Source: Octopus sinensis
Taxonomy: Eukaryota
Length of the DNA stretch: 64,000 nt
Assembly (NCBI RefSeq): GCF_006345805.1
Contig: NC_043016.1
Span: forward strand, 29,760,001-29,824,000
Reading direction: 5' to 3'
Shown here: piece by piece, positions 12,255 through 25,129 of the stretch
How the letters are laid out: each line of letters begins with the position of its first letter
How positions within the stretch are numbered: the first letter of the stretch is position 1
Notes under the pieces: generated by a model
The model's database searches: none
The model's input: only the letters and a program-made list of their open reading frames with translations
What the model was told of the DNA's origin: nothing
Position numbers and translations under genes: made by a program

Positions 12255-12620
12255 TCATAAAGTGGTGAGTTGGCAGAATTGTTAGTATGCCAGGCAAAAT
12301 GATTACCAGCATTTCGTCTGTCATCAAATTCCAAGTTCAAATCTTGCTGAAGTTGACTTTGCCTTTCGTTACTTCTGGGGGTCGATAAATTAAGTACCTA
12401 TTTCTTTATTACCCACAAGGGGCTAAACATAGAGGAGACAAACATGGACAGACATAGGTATTAAGTCGATTATATCGACCCCAGTACTTAACTGGTACTT
12501 AATTTATCGACCCCGAAAGGATGAAAAGCAAAGTCGACCTCGGCGGAATTTGAACTCACAATGTAACGGCAGACAAAATACTGCTAAGCATTTCGCCCGA
12601 TGTGCTAACGATTCTGCTAG
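12255..12620. mobile_element. Inverted (tail-to-tail) pair of SINE family B copies
   Basis: Plus-strand head at about 12260-12400, followed by a minus-strand copy at about 12400-12620. Confidence 0.65.
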
Positions 12621-12984
12621 ATAAATTAAGTACCGGCTGAGCATTGGAGTCAATGTAATTAATTTACCTCCTTCCCTGGAGATGCTGGCTTTGTGCCAAA
12701 ATTTGAAACCAATATCTAGAATGTGGATTGTACTTGAGTATTCATAAATTTGTAACAGCAACACTGCCTCATGCAAGAGTAAGATTACAACACAAGTTAT
12801 ACTTAGAAAGACTCAGCAGCAGTATAGCCAGTAACATAAATTTGAGAGCAATTCTCACATCAATTCAGATTTTATTTCGATTTGTAAATGGTCAGAACTT
12901 AAGTATTTTCTGTGATGGAAGATGAAACTCAATCTCCGAAATACTGTTTTTACAATTCTATATGTTAAGGTTACCATCACCTCT

Positions 12985-14416
12985 CTTCTTTCCACCTACC
13001 CTACAATGTCATTCTAAAAATATAGAACCATTGAAATCTCAAAGGTATGTGATAATGTATGATTAATTCAAAGCAATGTGGATAAATAGGCATTACATTT
13101 GACAGAGTAATCTGAATGCTAAAGGGTTAAACCAGCTAAATCCAGCTTAAATATTCTGTTTTAATTTGAAACTAGCAAGATCTGGCCTCTCACACTTATC
13201 CTACAATGTCATTCTAAAAATAGACAATCCCATCATTGAAATCTCAAATCTATGAAATAATGTTTCATTAATTCAAAACAATGTGAATAAATAAGTATTA
13301 CATTTGAGAGCAGAGTAATTTGAATGTTGAAGTGTTAAGCCAGCCATATCTAGCCCAAATATTATACCTTTTTTTATGTTCAAACTGGCTAGAACCAGCC
13401 CCTCATACCTACCCTACAATGTCATTCTAAAAATAGACAATCCCATCATTGAAATCTCAAATCTATGAAATAATGTTTCACTAATTCAAAACAATGTGAA
13501 TAAATAAGTATTACATTTGAGAGCAGAGTAATCTGAATGCTAAAGTGTTAAGTCAGCCATATCTTGCCTAAATATTCTAACTGTTTAATGTTCAAACTGG
13601 CCAGATCCAGCACCTCACACCTACGCCACAATGTCATTCTAAAAAATAAACAATGACATCATTGAAATTTTGAAGCTTTGAGATAATACTCGATTAATTG
13701 AATATATGATTAATTGAAAACAACGATAATACATGATTAATTCAAAGCAGTGTAAATAAATAATAAGTATTATGTTCAATACAGTAATCCGAATGCTAAA
13801 GAGTTAAGCCAGCTAAATCCAGCTCAAATATTCTGCCCATTTTATGTTAAAACTGGCCAGATGTAGCTTCTCACACTTACCCTACAATGCCATTCTAAAA
13901 CTAAAGGCGCAGGAGTGGCTGTGTGGTAAGTAGCTTGCTAACCAACCACATGGTTCCGGGTTCAGTCCCACTGCATGGCATCTTGGGCAAGTGTCTTCTG
14001 CTATAGCCCCGGGCCGACCAATGTCTTGTGAGTGGATTTGGTAGACAGAAACTGAAAGAAGCCTGTCGTATATATGTATATATATATATATGTGTTTGTA
14101 TGTGTATGTGTCTGTGTTTGTCCCCCTAGCATTGCTTGACAACCAATGCTGGTGTGTTTACGTCCCTGTCAATTAGCGGTTCGGCAAAAGAGACCGATAG
14201 AATAAGTACTGGGCTTACAAAGAATAAGTCCCGGGGTCGATTTGCTCAACTAAAGGCGGTGCTCCAGCATGGCCGCAATCAAATGACTGAAACAAGTAGA
14301 AGAGTAAATCACATCACTGAAGTCTCAAAGATAGGAGATAATGCATGATTGACTCAAAACAATGGGAACAACCAAGCATTGCATTTGACAGAGAGATCTG
14401 AATGCTAAAGGGTTAA
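12985..14416 (+). repeat. Head-to-tail array of five ~210-bp piggyBac-type MITE bodies; last unit split by a SINE
   Basis: ctacaatgtcattctaaaaa recurs at about 13001, 13201, 13414, 13627 and 13882. Each unit ends in aatgctaaag(g/t)gttaa, the right TIR of the dispersed MITE at 29460, 38037, 42931 and 51036. Confidence 0.85.
13906..14305 (+). mobile_element. Full-length SINE family A inserted in the MITE array
   Basis: Complete head ggcgcaggagtggctgtgtggtaag; the MITE sequence resumes directly after the tail. Shares diagnostic variants with the copy at 24710. Confidence 0.85.
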
Positions 14417-14672
14417 ATCCATATATTTGGAAGAAGATAGAACAAAACAATGATTAGTGCAGATTAATGCCCCAAAGAAGGGCACAAATGTCAGGCTTCA
14501 CGTTAAAAGTCCATTTCAGCTTAGACAGAAACCACTGTACTAGATATTTTATGTTAATCTGACCACTGTAAATTAAATGACATAATGCAAGCTGATTATT
14601 GGTTGACCTTTCAATAAAATCAATAATGTTCAGATGTTCGGATCATAAATCCATCTTAAAACTCTGACTTAC

Positions 14673-14875
14673 ATACTTCAAGCATGAAATTTGTATATAA
14701 ATTGCACGATAATCTATACTGAGCGTGTGGTATGCGTATATAGAGACCAAGTAATGTCAACAAGTAGTTTCTTTTGTTGTCTGTGTGAATAATTGAAGAA
14801 TTAATTACCGACAAAACCTTACTTGTTGATGGGTTATCTTTCAAGATGTTAAATAGATAACCAATTATGCTAAAC
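14673..14875 (-). CDS. Candidate internal exon of an unidentified minus-strand gene downstream of OSBP
   Basis: Acceptor (T)13CAG|G, donor TAT|GTAAGT, 203 nt with one open frame (xFSIIGYLFNILKDNPSTSKVLSVINSSIIHTDNKRNYLLTLLGLYIRIPHAQYRLSCNLYTNFMLEV). No homology recognised. Confidence 0.35.
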
Positions 14876-15849
14876 CTGAAAAAAAAAAAAATCACAATGA
14901 AATATTCAGTAAATATTTTGAGACACTGTCTTGAATGAACTCCTTAATTTTCTACTTGTTTCAGTCATTTGTCTGTGGCCATGCTGGGGCAGCATCTTCA
15001 AAACTTTTTAGTTGACCGAATCAACTCCAGCACTTATTTTTTTTTAAAGCTTGGTACTTGTTCTACCAGTCTTTTTTGCCAAACCGTTGGGTTACGGGGT
15101 CATAAATACATCAGCACTGGTTGACAACTAGTGGTGGTGGGAGAGACACGAACACACTAAAAGCACCCACTACACTCCTGGAGTGGTTGGCGGTAGGAAG
15201 GGCATCCAGCTATAGAAACCATGCCAAATCAGATTGTAACCTGATGCAGCTACTTGGCTTACCAGTTCTGTCAAACCGTCCAACCCATACAAGCATGGAA
15301 AGCAGACATTAAACAATGATGATGATCACACACACACATATACAATGAGCTTCTTTCAGTTTCCATCTACCAAATCCACTCACAAGGCTTTAGCTGGCCC
15401 GAGGCTATAGTAGAAGACACTTGCCCAAGGTGCCATGCAGTGGGACTGAACCCAGAACCATGTGGTTGGGAAGCAAGTTTCTTACCACATAGTTACACCT
15501 GTGTTTACAAAACAACTTTTGATAAGCACATTGTACCAAACACACAATTCTTCAGTAGTGAAAAAAAAAAAAAAAAAATCAAAATTAAGGGACATTTTAC
15601 TGGTTTACCTATCATTAGACTAACACCCACCCACTAATAACTTATGTGTTTTCTATATAAATGTGTTGATATATTCCTAAATGTCTGGACACATTAAGAT
15701 ATATTGATTAAAACAAAGTACTAAGTCCAAGCAACATATCATGTACTTCAAACACCTGATATAGATTTTTTCATATTAATTTGTTTCTAACATTAAAGAG
15801 AAGAAACGTGTATGTTAATTGGGGATTTCATCAATTCTCGTTAGCAGTC

Positions 15850-16130
15850 TCTCTTACTCTTTTTACTTGTTTCAGTCATTTGACTGTGGCCATGCTGGAG
15901 CACTGCCTTTTAGTCGAGCAAATTGACCCCAGGACTTATTCTTTGTAAGCCTAGTACTTATTCTATCGTTCCTTTTACCGAACCAGCAAGAGAGACCGAT
16001 AGAATAAGTACTAGGCTTAGAAAGAATAAGTCCTGGGGGTCGATTTGCTCAACTAAAGGCGATGCTCCAGCTCAACAGCCGATGCTGGTGTGCTTACGTC
16101 CCCGTAACTTAGCGGTTCGGCAAAAGGGAA
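15850..16130. mobile_element. SINE family A tails joined in inverted orientation
   Basis: Minus-strand tail at 15850-15985 is directly followed by a plus-strand copy of the same segment at 15990-16070. Confidence 0.65.
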
Positions 16131-16199
16131 CAGACGAAATACCACTAAGCATTTCACCTGGCGTGCTAACGTTTGCCAGCTCGTTGCCTAAGTGAAATA

Positions 16200-16450
16200 T
16201 AGTCATCATCATCATCATCATCATTTAACATTCGTTTTCCATTTTTATGTGGCACCAGCATCTACAAGCCCACAAGATTAGGGATGCTCAGCTAGAGAGG
16301 GTTGCAGGGGATGAGCCTGTATGCAAGGGCAACCACACTTTTACTTAGCTTGGCGTGTCTTTTCAAACACAGCAAATAGCCAGAAGTCTCGGTCTCCTGT
16401 CATCCCCTTTGTGAGTCCCAACGTCTAGATCCTTTCTCACCACTTCCTCT
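16200..16450 (-). mobile_element. 3' end of an RTE LINE
   Basis: Minus strand reads ..LTKGMTGDRDFWLFAVFEKTRQAK*, then a shortened 3'UTR ending in (GAT)n. Confidence 0.6.
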
Positions 16451-17303
16451 TCTTTGTATTGTGCTGTAGCATGAAAAAAAAAAAAAGCACCCCGTACATA
16501 CTGTAAAGTGGTTGGCATTAGAAAGGGCATCCAGCTATAGAAAACATGTCAAAACTGACATGAAGCATGATGCTTACCGGATACTGTCAAACAGTTCAGC
16601 TCACCCCAGTATGGAACATGGATGTTAAATAATTCAATGACGATGCCTTTAAGGAGTTGTAGACTTCATGATAATAATAAAAGTGAAATTTTTTCATTTC
16701 ATCTGGGGCCCCTGTTTTTCAGCCTGTTATACCTTTTTGGAATCAGGTTGATCATGGGATTGAAAATCTGCCCTTCATTTGGTTCTTGAGCATCCAGCAT
16801 TGGGATCTGATTTAAAAGCATTCAGGTTGCTATTTCTAGCAGGTAAAGTTTAGCTGATTCACACCATCTTGGTTGGTGTTTATCAGATGATGTCAGAGAC
16901 CAAGGGGGAGATAAATGATATTCACTTTGTTAATTTCATGTCAAGAAAAGAACTTTGGAACAAATTGGCCAACAGTTGGAATTCAACTTCGGACTGGAAC
17001 AATAGAATGATTGCATTACAGAATTAATTCTCATCCATCTTTAACCTCTGATCAAACACCACCAGGGCATTTAGATGTATTATAGTCATGCTTATTAGCT
17101 CTCCTTAGTTTTGGGTCACAGGCCCAATTAGCCCTCCGCAAGAGCTAGCCTAAAAGTTCACATGGAGTGCAGCTTTTAAGTTAGTTATGAATATAGTCTC
17201 AAGAGATAAAGTCAAAACATGTAATTTTACAAATAACTCCTTCTCTCAGACATTAGAAATATCTTGAGACATAGTTTTCTTTTCTTTATATCTCATATAC
17301 AAA

Positions 17304-17336
<33 letters not shown>

Positions 17337-17338
17337 GA

Positions 17339-17382
<44 letters not shown>

Positions 17383-18194
17383 AAGAAATTCTGAAATTTT
17401 AAAGCTACACTAAATATTCTATTTGGTTAGAAGTTTTTTTTTTGTTTTTTTTTTTTCAAAGATCTAAACATGTACCTCTTGTAGTGAAGAAGAAATTTCA
17501 ATAAAATTGCAACAAATTCAGTTGTTAGAAAAGATTAAAGGTTATTTTTATTTCAAACAGTTTCCATATTTACCTCAAAGTCTTGTATCCAGTTCAGAGA
17601 GAATGCAATTAATAGCTATAAAAACATCACTTAAATTATTACATATTGATACATTATTCAGCAATATTTCACACTGTTGAAACTCTCCAAGTCTCCAGAC
17701 ACTTTATCCAATCTTTTATAATATATGTTACATAGCTTTTTTTTTTCTTTTATTAATTTATTTATTTTCTAATGTCCGCAAGGCATTACAATCCAAGCCA
17801 TTCCTAAGTATATAGAAATGATTTATCAAATATGAATACACATATATATATATATATATATACTAAGACACACACACACTCACACGCATGCATGCATGCA
17901 GAGACACATAGCCATGCATGCCTACACACACCCACATATACAGACTGTTTTGATATTAATGGACTATACACACATATATATATATATGTATACATGATGA
18001 ATTAATCCAACTTCCATAATGGTGGTTGTGTGTACATCCTATGCTCAGAGTAGCAGAATTACTTTAATAAAAAAACCCAAAAAACAACTATAATTAATAT
18101 AGTCATATTTTAAAATTTTAGTAAAGCCAAAGCCTACATGTACATGTATGTGAGTGTGTGCGTATATATATATATATATGTATATATATATGTA

Positions 18195-18468
18195 CAGAGG
18201 TGGACTGGCCAGGTTGCCCAATGGCAAGTGGGCTCTGCGCCATTAGAATCTATATATGGGGGCCCATCCCCTCAAGTTTGAGAATATCTTATTCACTTCT
18301 GGAAGAATGCATTATTTCAGACAGACTGTGTTTGTAGACAGTTGAAAAGAATACTTTTAACAAAAAAAAAAAGAAAAGAAAATAAAAAGGGAGGGGGGTA
18401 GCATTGTAGTTGCGGGTGGGCCCCCTTAATCTTCTGGCAACCAATATTTTAGACCCAGTCCGCCACTG
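18195..18468. mobile_element. hAT-type MITE
   Basis: TIRs CAGAGGTGGACTGG / CCAGTCCGCCACTG; 8-bp flanks TATATGTA / AATATGTA (7 of 8 match). Confidence 0.75.
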
Positions 18469-21019
18469 AATATGTATATAACAAAATGATCAATAGATGT
18501 GTAGGGAGTGGGGAAATGTTGGAAAAAGCCTTCACTAGCAGACTAGCACATATATATTATATATATATATCATCTAAGCTGTTGAAGAGTTTTAACTACT
18601 TTGCTACATTATTCTCAAATACAATTCAGTATCAACCAACTTTTCATTATTCTTTCATAACTGTCCCTTCATTCAAATATGTTTTAATGAAACTCCCATT
18701 ATCCGATTTTTTTTTTCCTTCCTAATTATTAATCTAAAGTAGTAAAATAATTGTTGACCTGAATCAAAATTCATCTTTTTTGATTTAATATTTCATTTTC
18801 AAATGAAGTTACAAATGCTGGCTATGAAAACAAGGACAAAGAAACAGTTACAAAAGGAAGTTCGGAGGTCAGCAGAAGTAGTTACCTGAGACCAATTCTT
18901 TCAAAACTTCGTGTTTGCAAACTTTGCAATTTCATTAGCTAAACATAAATTATCAAAAATTAATAAGATGATAATAATAATAATAATCATTTCAAATTTT
19001 GCCACAAGAGCAGCAATTTTGGGGTGAAGGGATGAGTTGATTACATTGACTTCAGTGTTCAACTGGTACTTATTATACTGACCCCGAAAGGAAGAAAGGC
19101 AAAGTTGACCTCGGCGGAATTTGAACTCAGAATGTAGCGTTGAGTGAAATACTAAAGCATTTAGCCGAGAGTGCTAATGATTCTGCCAGCTCACTGCCAT
19201 AATAATAATAATGATAATGCTTGATGACTGAATGAAAATATCAAGCTTTACTTACATATTAGGATAGAATGCTTTTTTTTCATTTATTTAAAAAGCATTT
19301 TAAAATTAAAGTTAATGAGAAGAAAGTAAAGGGAACATGAATGTGTGTGTGTGTGTGTGTGTGTGTATGCATGTTTAGCATGTGAGTGTGTTATTGCCTA
19401 TGTATGTTTGTATGATCATTTGTAGAACAGTCAGTTAATGAAACTGCTAATATCATTTGCCTGTTTAAGTAAATATGTGCATATGTGAATATATGTATGT
19501 AAATCTACCTGCATAACATGTATGTGTATATATATGCTTAAGAGTGTATATATGTGAAGAATTGTTATGCTGACAGATGAAATTGCAAATCATTGAAATA
19601 ACTTACTATTTCAAATTTAATTAAAAAAAAAAAAAAAAAAGAAAAAAAAAATCCTCACAACTTTCTCAGAAAGTATTTGCATTCTGCAATAGTTTAACGA
19701 CCATTCTTTAGAATATTTCTTTTAACAACTAAAATATCAAGAATGGTTTCAATGTTAAAAATTTACAGCAGGTGTATATATAATTTATTGGCTTATATTC
19801 TTCATTAAACAAGAACTCTCTTAATTTGACCATTCCATTCCAGAAATTAAAACAAATCAGTGGAATGATGCTATAAACCAAGGTCAAAGACAAATAATAA
19901 TAATAATGGTTTCTAACCTAAGTGGAATGGTATATAATAGTGAGAGATATAATCAATTAGACTCATTGCCCAATACATGACTGGTACAATGCCATATGTT
20001 TGAGGAAGATATATCAATACCCAAGTACATGACTGGGTACTTTAGGGAGAAATACAGTCGATTAGATCATTCCCCTTGGCACTTTGCCTTTCATTAACCA
20101 TGAATGGATGAAAAACAAAGTCAACTTCGGCTGGATTTGAACTCTGAACGTTTAGAAGTGCAACTGGGTACTTCAACATATTTTGTACAACTGGCAATCA
20201 TTTGACCTCCGCACTGTGTGCGCAAGTGCATATACATACATTACAAGTATGTATGTGAGTGTGTATATATATATATATATTATATATATATATATATATA
20301 TCGAGAGAATACTAGGTGACTGAAGGAAAAAAAGAAAGCCACAAAAATATCAAGGGAGGAGCAGTTTCTGATGAAAGAATCTCAAGGAGTGTTTTATTTC
20401 TAATTAGTTAGCTTTAATTTAGTACTCTTCGCTACACAAACTATTCTGGTATTGATTTTGGCAAATATAACACGTGATTTTGACATAATTAATAGAAAAA
20501 CGATGTTGCTAATATTATCGTATGCTATTTTGATACTTTTATGTACAGGAAGATTTTAATCACAGGGTGGACTTAAACTCAGACATTAAGAAGTATCTTT
20601 AAGCCGCTTCAATGTACGTCTGAATTTATATAATTATGAAATAAGATTGATGTCGCAGGAGGATAAAAAAAAAAAAAAAAAAAAGGCGTAGAGGGGTTTT
20701 CGCAAAAACTTAGTCGGTCTCAATGTCTTCCACTTTTTTTTTCGTTAAACAAGGGAAGTAACTCTCAAGAGCTCAGAACTAAAACAAGGGAAATAACATC
20801 AAAAACCGCAAATGAGCTATCTTTTGGACAGTTTTCACAGAAAATGATTTTCATGAAATGTGCAACTTATAAACACAAAGTTCATTACTTTTGCAATCTC
20901 TTTTGTTTTCTTTTTACAAAGCAACAAACTTTTACTAGAAGTCTCAATTGCATAGAATTACATTTATTAAGTTAATAGAAAGATCCAGAATGAAATTAAT
21001 ATGGGATTTGAAAACAGCA

Positions 21020-22200
21020 GAAAAATAAAAATCTTTATTTCAATCCTGTGTAATTTAACTCTTAAAAAAAAAAAAAAAGGAAAAGCAAAAAAAAAAAACA
21101 ACAACAAAAACTTAAATAAAAAAAGAATGAAATAATTGGGGATTTTTTTTTTTTTTATTTATTTGCGAATTCTTATTCCAAACATTTTTGTATAAGTGAT
21201 TCTAGTATTAGTAAGTATACATAACATTTGCTGCAGCTGTTGTCTCTCTCTTTCTTCCAGAGTTTTAAACACTTCCAACTTTGACTGAATATGGCTCTGA
21301 AGAATAATGGCTAAGAGGTTTGAACAGTGATCAACAAGGAGGGGGTGAAATCCATCGAATAAAACACACACACACACACACACGCTCGCTTGCACACGTG
21401 CGCGCACACACACATACACACACACAACCATCTTACAAATTGGCAAGAACTGTTTCTTTAAAAAAGAGAAACGGTTATTTCCATATCATTTTGTTGTGAT
21501 AACACCAAAGCCTCTTCAGATTACACATTTGTAACTGGTTGCATAGAAATAGTCTGACACTGTCCAGTTATTTAAATGAAATCCAAAGTAATGCAAGTAA
21601 AATGTTTGGCACTGAGTTTGGCAACAGGTGGCACCAAGAATTGTTACCCCGTTAATGGTGGTCTTTGTCTAATGATGAATCACTCATCACAAATCATTGT
21701 TAATGGTGGTTTTTGTCTAATGATGAATCACTCATCAATTAATTTCCTACTGATCCTCCGATAAGATCCGACCATTCTCAGCTTCACATTTCCAAAAGTT
21801 TATTTTAGTGTCACAGATCAAAGAGATTGGGTAAATCAGCTGTTAGTCTTACTGAAATATTAATTAGGTTTCAGTCTAGTTTAACCTTTCATTACAACAA
21901 CACTGACCAGCCTCCCCTACCCTGTCTCTGACTCTCTATCTCTCTTTCACACACACATGCACACACTACATTCCTTAGGTTGTTTGAAGTGTTCAATTTG
22001 TGTATGTCAGGCATGCTCAACAAATTTAGTAGCAGCAAAAACAAAGCTATACTCACATATCACAGGTTGATTTAGTAACTGAAAGGTGATCAATAGAAGG
22101 AGGGCAAGAGAAAGAAAAATCCCGACTGTTTCTGATATATACATACACACACACAATCCTCACGTGCACACACACAAACACCAACATATGCACACATACA

Positions 22201-22244
<44 letters not shown>

Positions 22245-22695
22245 ACTAGATGTAATTCTTTTGTTACCAATTATTTTGTAGATATTTTCTCATTTGGAAT
22301 TTAAAACAGCATCATGTTCCATGCCACATAGAACTTTGTGTGTGCGTGCGTGTATGTGTGTGTGTGTGTACATGCATGTGCGTATGTATGTAGGTGGATG
22401 TTTGTTGAAATGAAACAACTTACTATATAATAGGATTATCTTGATAAATGTTAAGAATTATGTGAGTATTGTAGATGTAGGACAGAGATTAAAAGGAATC
22501 CTTATAAATAGCAAATGTTTTTTTTTTGTTTTTTTTTTGTTGTTATGCTTTGTTAAAAACATTCCTATATTTTGTTTGCAGTAAAAATATCAGGTTTGGA
22601 TTTTTCTTGTCACAGTTGTAGGCTAAAAAAAAAGACCTCCCAAACACAAAAGGGAAGAATAAAATAAAATAAAAAATAATAATAATTATTATAAT

Positions 22696-22729
<34 letters not shown>

Positions 22730-23202
22730 TTTTGAAAGGATTCAATCTTAACAAAATAATTAGGAGGGTAAAAAATTATTAAGGTTTTTACATTTCAGGA
22801 CCTTTTTTAACAGCTCTGGTAATTTTAACAAGTCAGTAAAGGGGGGTATGGCAAAGAAGAGAGAGAAAAGAGAAAAAAAAAAAAAAAAAAGAAAAAGAAA
22901 GAAAAGAAAAAAAAAACCTGCCCAATGTTTTTCGCTTGAAGAAACTGTATACATCTGAGTATTTGTTCTCTATATCGCTGTTTTAGTCACCAAAATTATT
23001 GTCGAACAAAAAAAGTAGGAGGAAGGGGAGGGTACCAGAAAAAAATATTATTAATGTTATATTAATTATTGTTTTATTTAGTCCATTCACTCAGCCATGA
23101 CGCTTCCTTCTCATTCACTCCTTCTATAATAGCTTTAATAGAAGTCATCTTTGTTAGACACAAATGTTTGATCGGGCAGTTTGTAGTGGTCACTCTAAAA
23201 AT
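21020..23202 (-). other. OSBP: Probable OSBP 3'UTR (~2.2 kb)
   Basis: Follows the stop codon; U-rich on the minus strand, nearly free of SINEs and CpG-depleted. AATAAA at 21034-21039 is one of several possible signals; the true end is unknown. Confidence 0.45.
21034..21039 (-). promoter_or_regulatory. Candidate polyadenylation signal AATAAA
   Basis: TTTATT on the plus strand, followed on the minus strand by U-rich sequence. Other AATAAA hexamers exist upstream. Confidence 0.3.
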
Positions 23203-23381
23203 TTAAGAGATTTTAAATGCTGCCAACTCCTCTGAGGACAAATAAATGTCTGGACACATAGACCAATCTTGTTTATCTTTATATTCCCAATAATTTCCTT
23301 TATACATGTGGATCAGGTTACCGGTTATCTTGTCAGTTTCTTTTTTAAACCAAATTGGTTCATAACCAACATATTCTCGAC
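23203..23381 (-). CDS. OSBP: OSBP last coding exon (ORD C-terminus)
   Basis: Acceptor ctttttcag|GT, phase 1; GREYVGYEPIWFKKETDKITGNLIHMYKGNYWEYKDKQDWSMCPDIYLSSEELAAFKIS*. Matches the OSBP YKGxYWE..QDW..CPDI terminus. Confidence 0.93.
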
Positions 23382-23819
23382 CTGAAAAAGCAAAAGAGCG
23401 GACAAAAAAAAAAAAAAAAGACAAAGATTAATAAGATTTGTAATAAATTAAGAAAATATAAAAAAAACATACAATTATTTTGTAAATGACTGATTAGAAA
23501 TAAAAATCAAACAACAGGCAACTTGGCTTTTGTCTCTGTATTTTATACCTTGTCGAAATTGAGAGTTTGGTTTCTGCTAACTGAATTATATGAATAAAGA
23601 TAACAAATAGTGAAAAAGGGATCAGTTATTCCCCCACCCTCACTATTTATCCATCTTCATTAAAAGCAGAAGCATTTATTTAAGGCCTGAATTAATTGTA
23701 TAAGATGTCTTTGCGAACACTTAAACAGAGTAATTAGTCCTTGGAATTCCAACAAACAACTGAAATAATACCCGTTGATCTTTCCCACCCCCACTCTCTT
23801 GGTTTCAACAAAGATGTAC

Positions 23820-24147
23820 ATATAGTCAAGGTATGTGTGTGTGTGTGTGCAAATATATACATGCACATATATGAACATACATATATACATACATATGCAT
23901 ATATGTATGTGTATATACACACACACGCATCAATATATGTAAATACACATACACATATATATACACACACGCATACATACATATGTAGTGTTCATTAAAA
24001 GTCTGCAGATATATCCTGTTGAACAGTATATAACTTTGAAACATGCAGTATCTAATTTATTCACACACAGACATGTGCATGAGTATGTGTGTGCATATAC
24101 ACTCATATATTTGTACATAATGCATGTTTGTGTGTGTATTTATGTAT

Positions 24148-24227
<80 letters not shown>

Positions 24228-24305
24228 TACACACATAAACTCACAAACGTGCATTAATATGTACAAATATATGAGTATATGTATATGCACATACACACAC
24301 ACACA
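23820..24305. repeat. Compound (TA)n/(CA)n/(TG)n microsatellite with an internal inverted repeat
   Basis: About 480 bp of mostly alternating purine-pyrimidine sequence; ~80-bp arms flank the central (TA)n. Confidence 0.85.
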
Positions 24306-24709
24306 CTATATTCAAATTTAAACTTTTTCATTAACGATCTTTTGTTTTTCATTATTTTTAAACTCATTAATTCATTAACAATTTGAATTTAGTAACAATA
24401 ATGTTTTAAATCCAACATAAAAAAACTAATATAAAAAAAAAATGAAAAGTCTTTTAAAAAACAGTCAGATTTGTACTTTTAATACAACACAATTGAATTT
24501 AAAATATCTGTTCCTCTTTCCACAAATTTATATATATATACAAACACACAAAGTTTATTATGAGGTATACCCAAATATTTCAGCTATTATTGCATTCATA
24601 AATTACATAAAATAAAATTAAAGTGTACCAGATACTTCTTTTACTTCTTTTATAGCAAGAATGTAAAACAAACACAGCAGATATTTATGATTGTCTCTAG
24701 TATTTAGCA

Positions 24710-25129
24710 TACTCTTTTACTTGTTTCAGTCATTTGACTGCGGCCATGCTGGAGCACTGCCTTTAGTCGAGCAAATCGACCCCGGGACTTATTCTTTGTA
24801 AGCCCAGTACTTATTCTATCGGTCTCTTTTGCCGAACCGCTAAGTGACGGGGATGAAAACACACCAGCATCGGTTGTCAAGCAATGCTAGGGGGACAAAC
24901 ACAGACACACAAACATATACACACACACTTATATATATATATATACATATATACGACAGGCTTCTTTCAGTTTCCGTCTACCAAATCCACTCACAAGGCA
25001 TTGGTCGGCCCGGGGCTATAGCAGAAGACACTTGCCCAAGATGCCCAAGATGCCCAAGATGCAGTGGGACTGAACCCGGAACCATGTGGTTGGTTAGCAA
25101 GCTACTTACCACACAGCCACTCCTGCGCC
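24710..25129 (-). mobile_element. Full-length young SINE family A
   Basis: Reverse complement of the 13906 copy, with a local TGCCCAAGA slippage repeat. Confidence 0.88.

Noticed and set aside
13906-13985. tRNA genes at SINE heads (also 36456, 62690, 10147 and others)
   Set aside because: They have A/B-box-like motifs but no complete cloverleaf, and each continues into a repeated SINE body and tail.
16700-17200. Protein-like stretches on the minus strand (possible exons or pseudogene)
   Set aside because: Interrupted by stops, several mutually inconsistent weak splice options, and no recognisable homology; not supportable without RNA data.
23660-24321. Multiple overlapping ORFs rich in Y/I/H/T/C/V
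   Set aside because: Translations of (TA)n/(CA)n microsatellites; the same applies to similar ORFs at 17.8, 22.1, 28.2, 35.1 and 62.3 kb.
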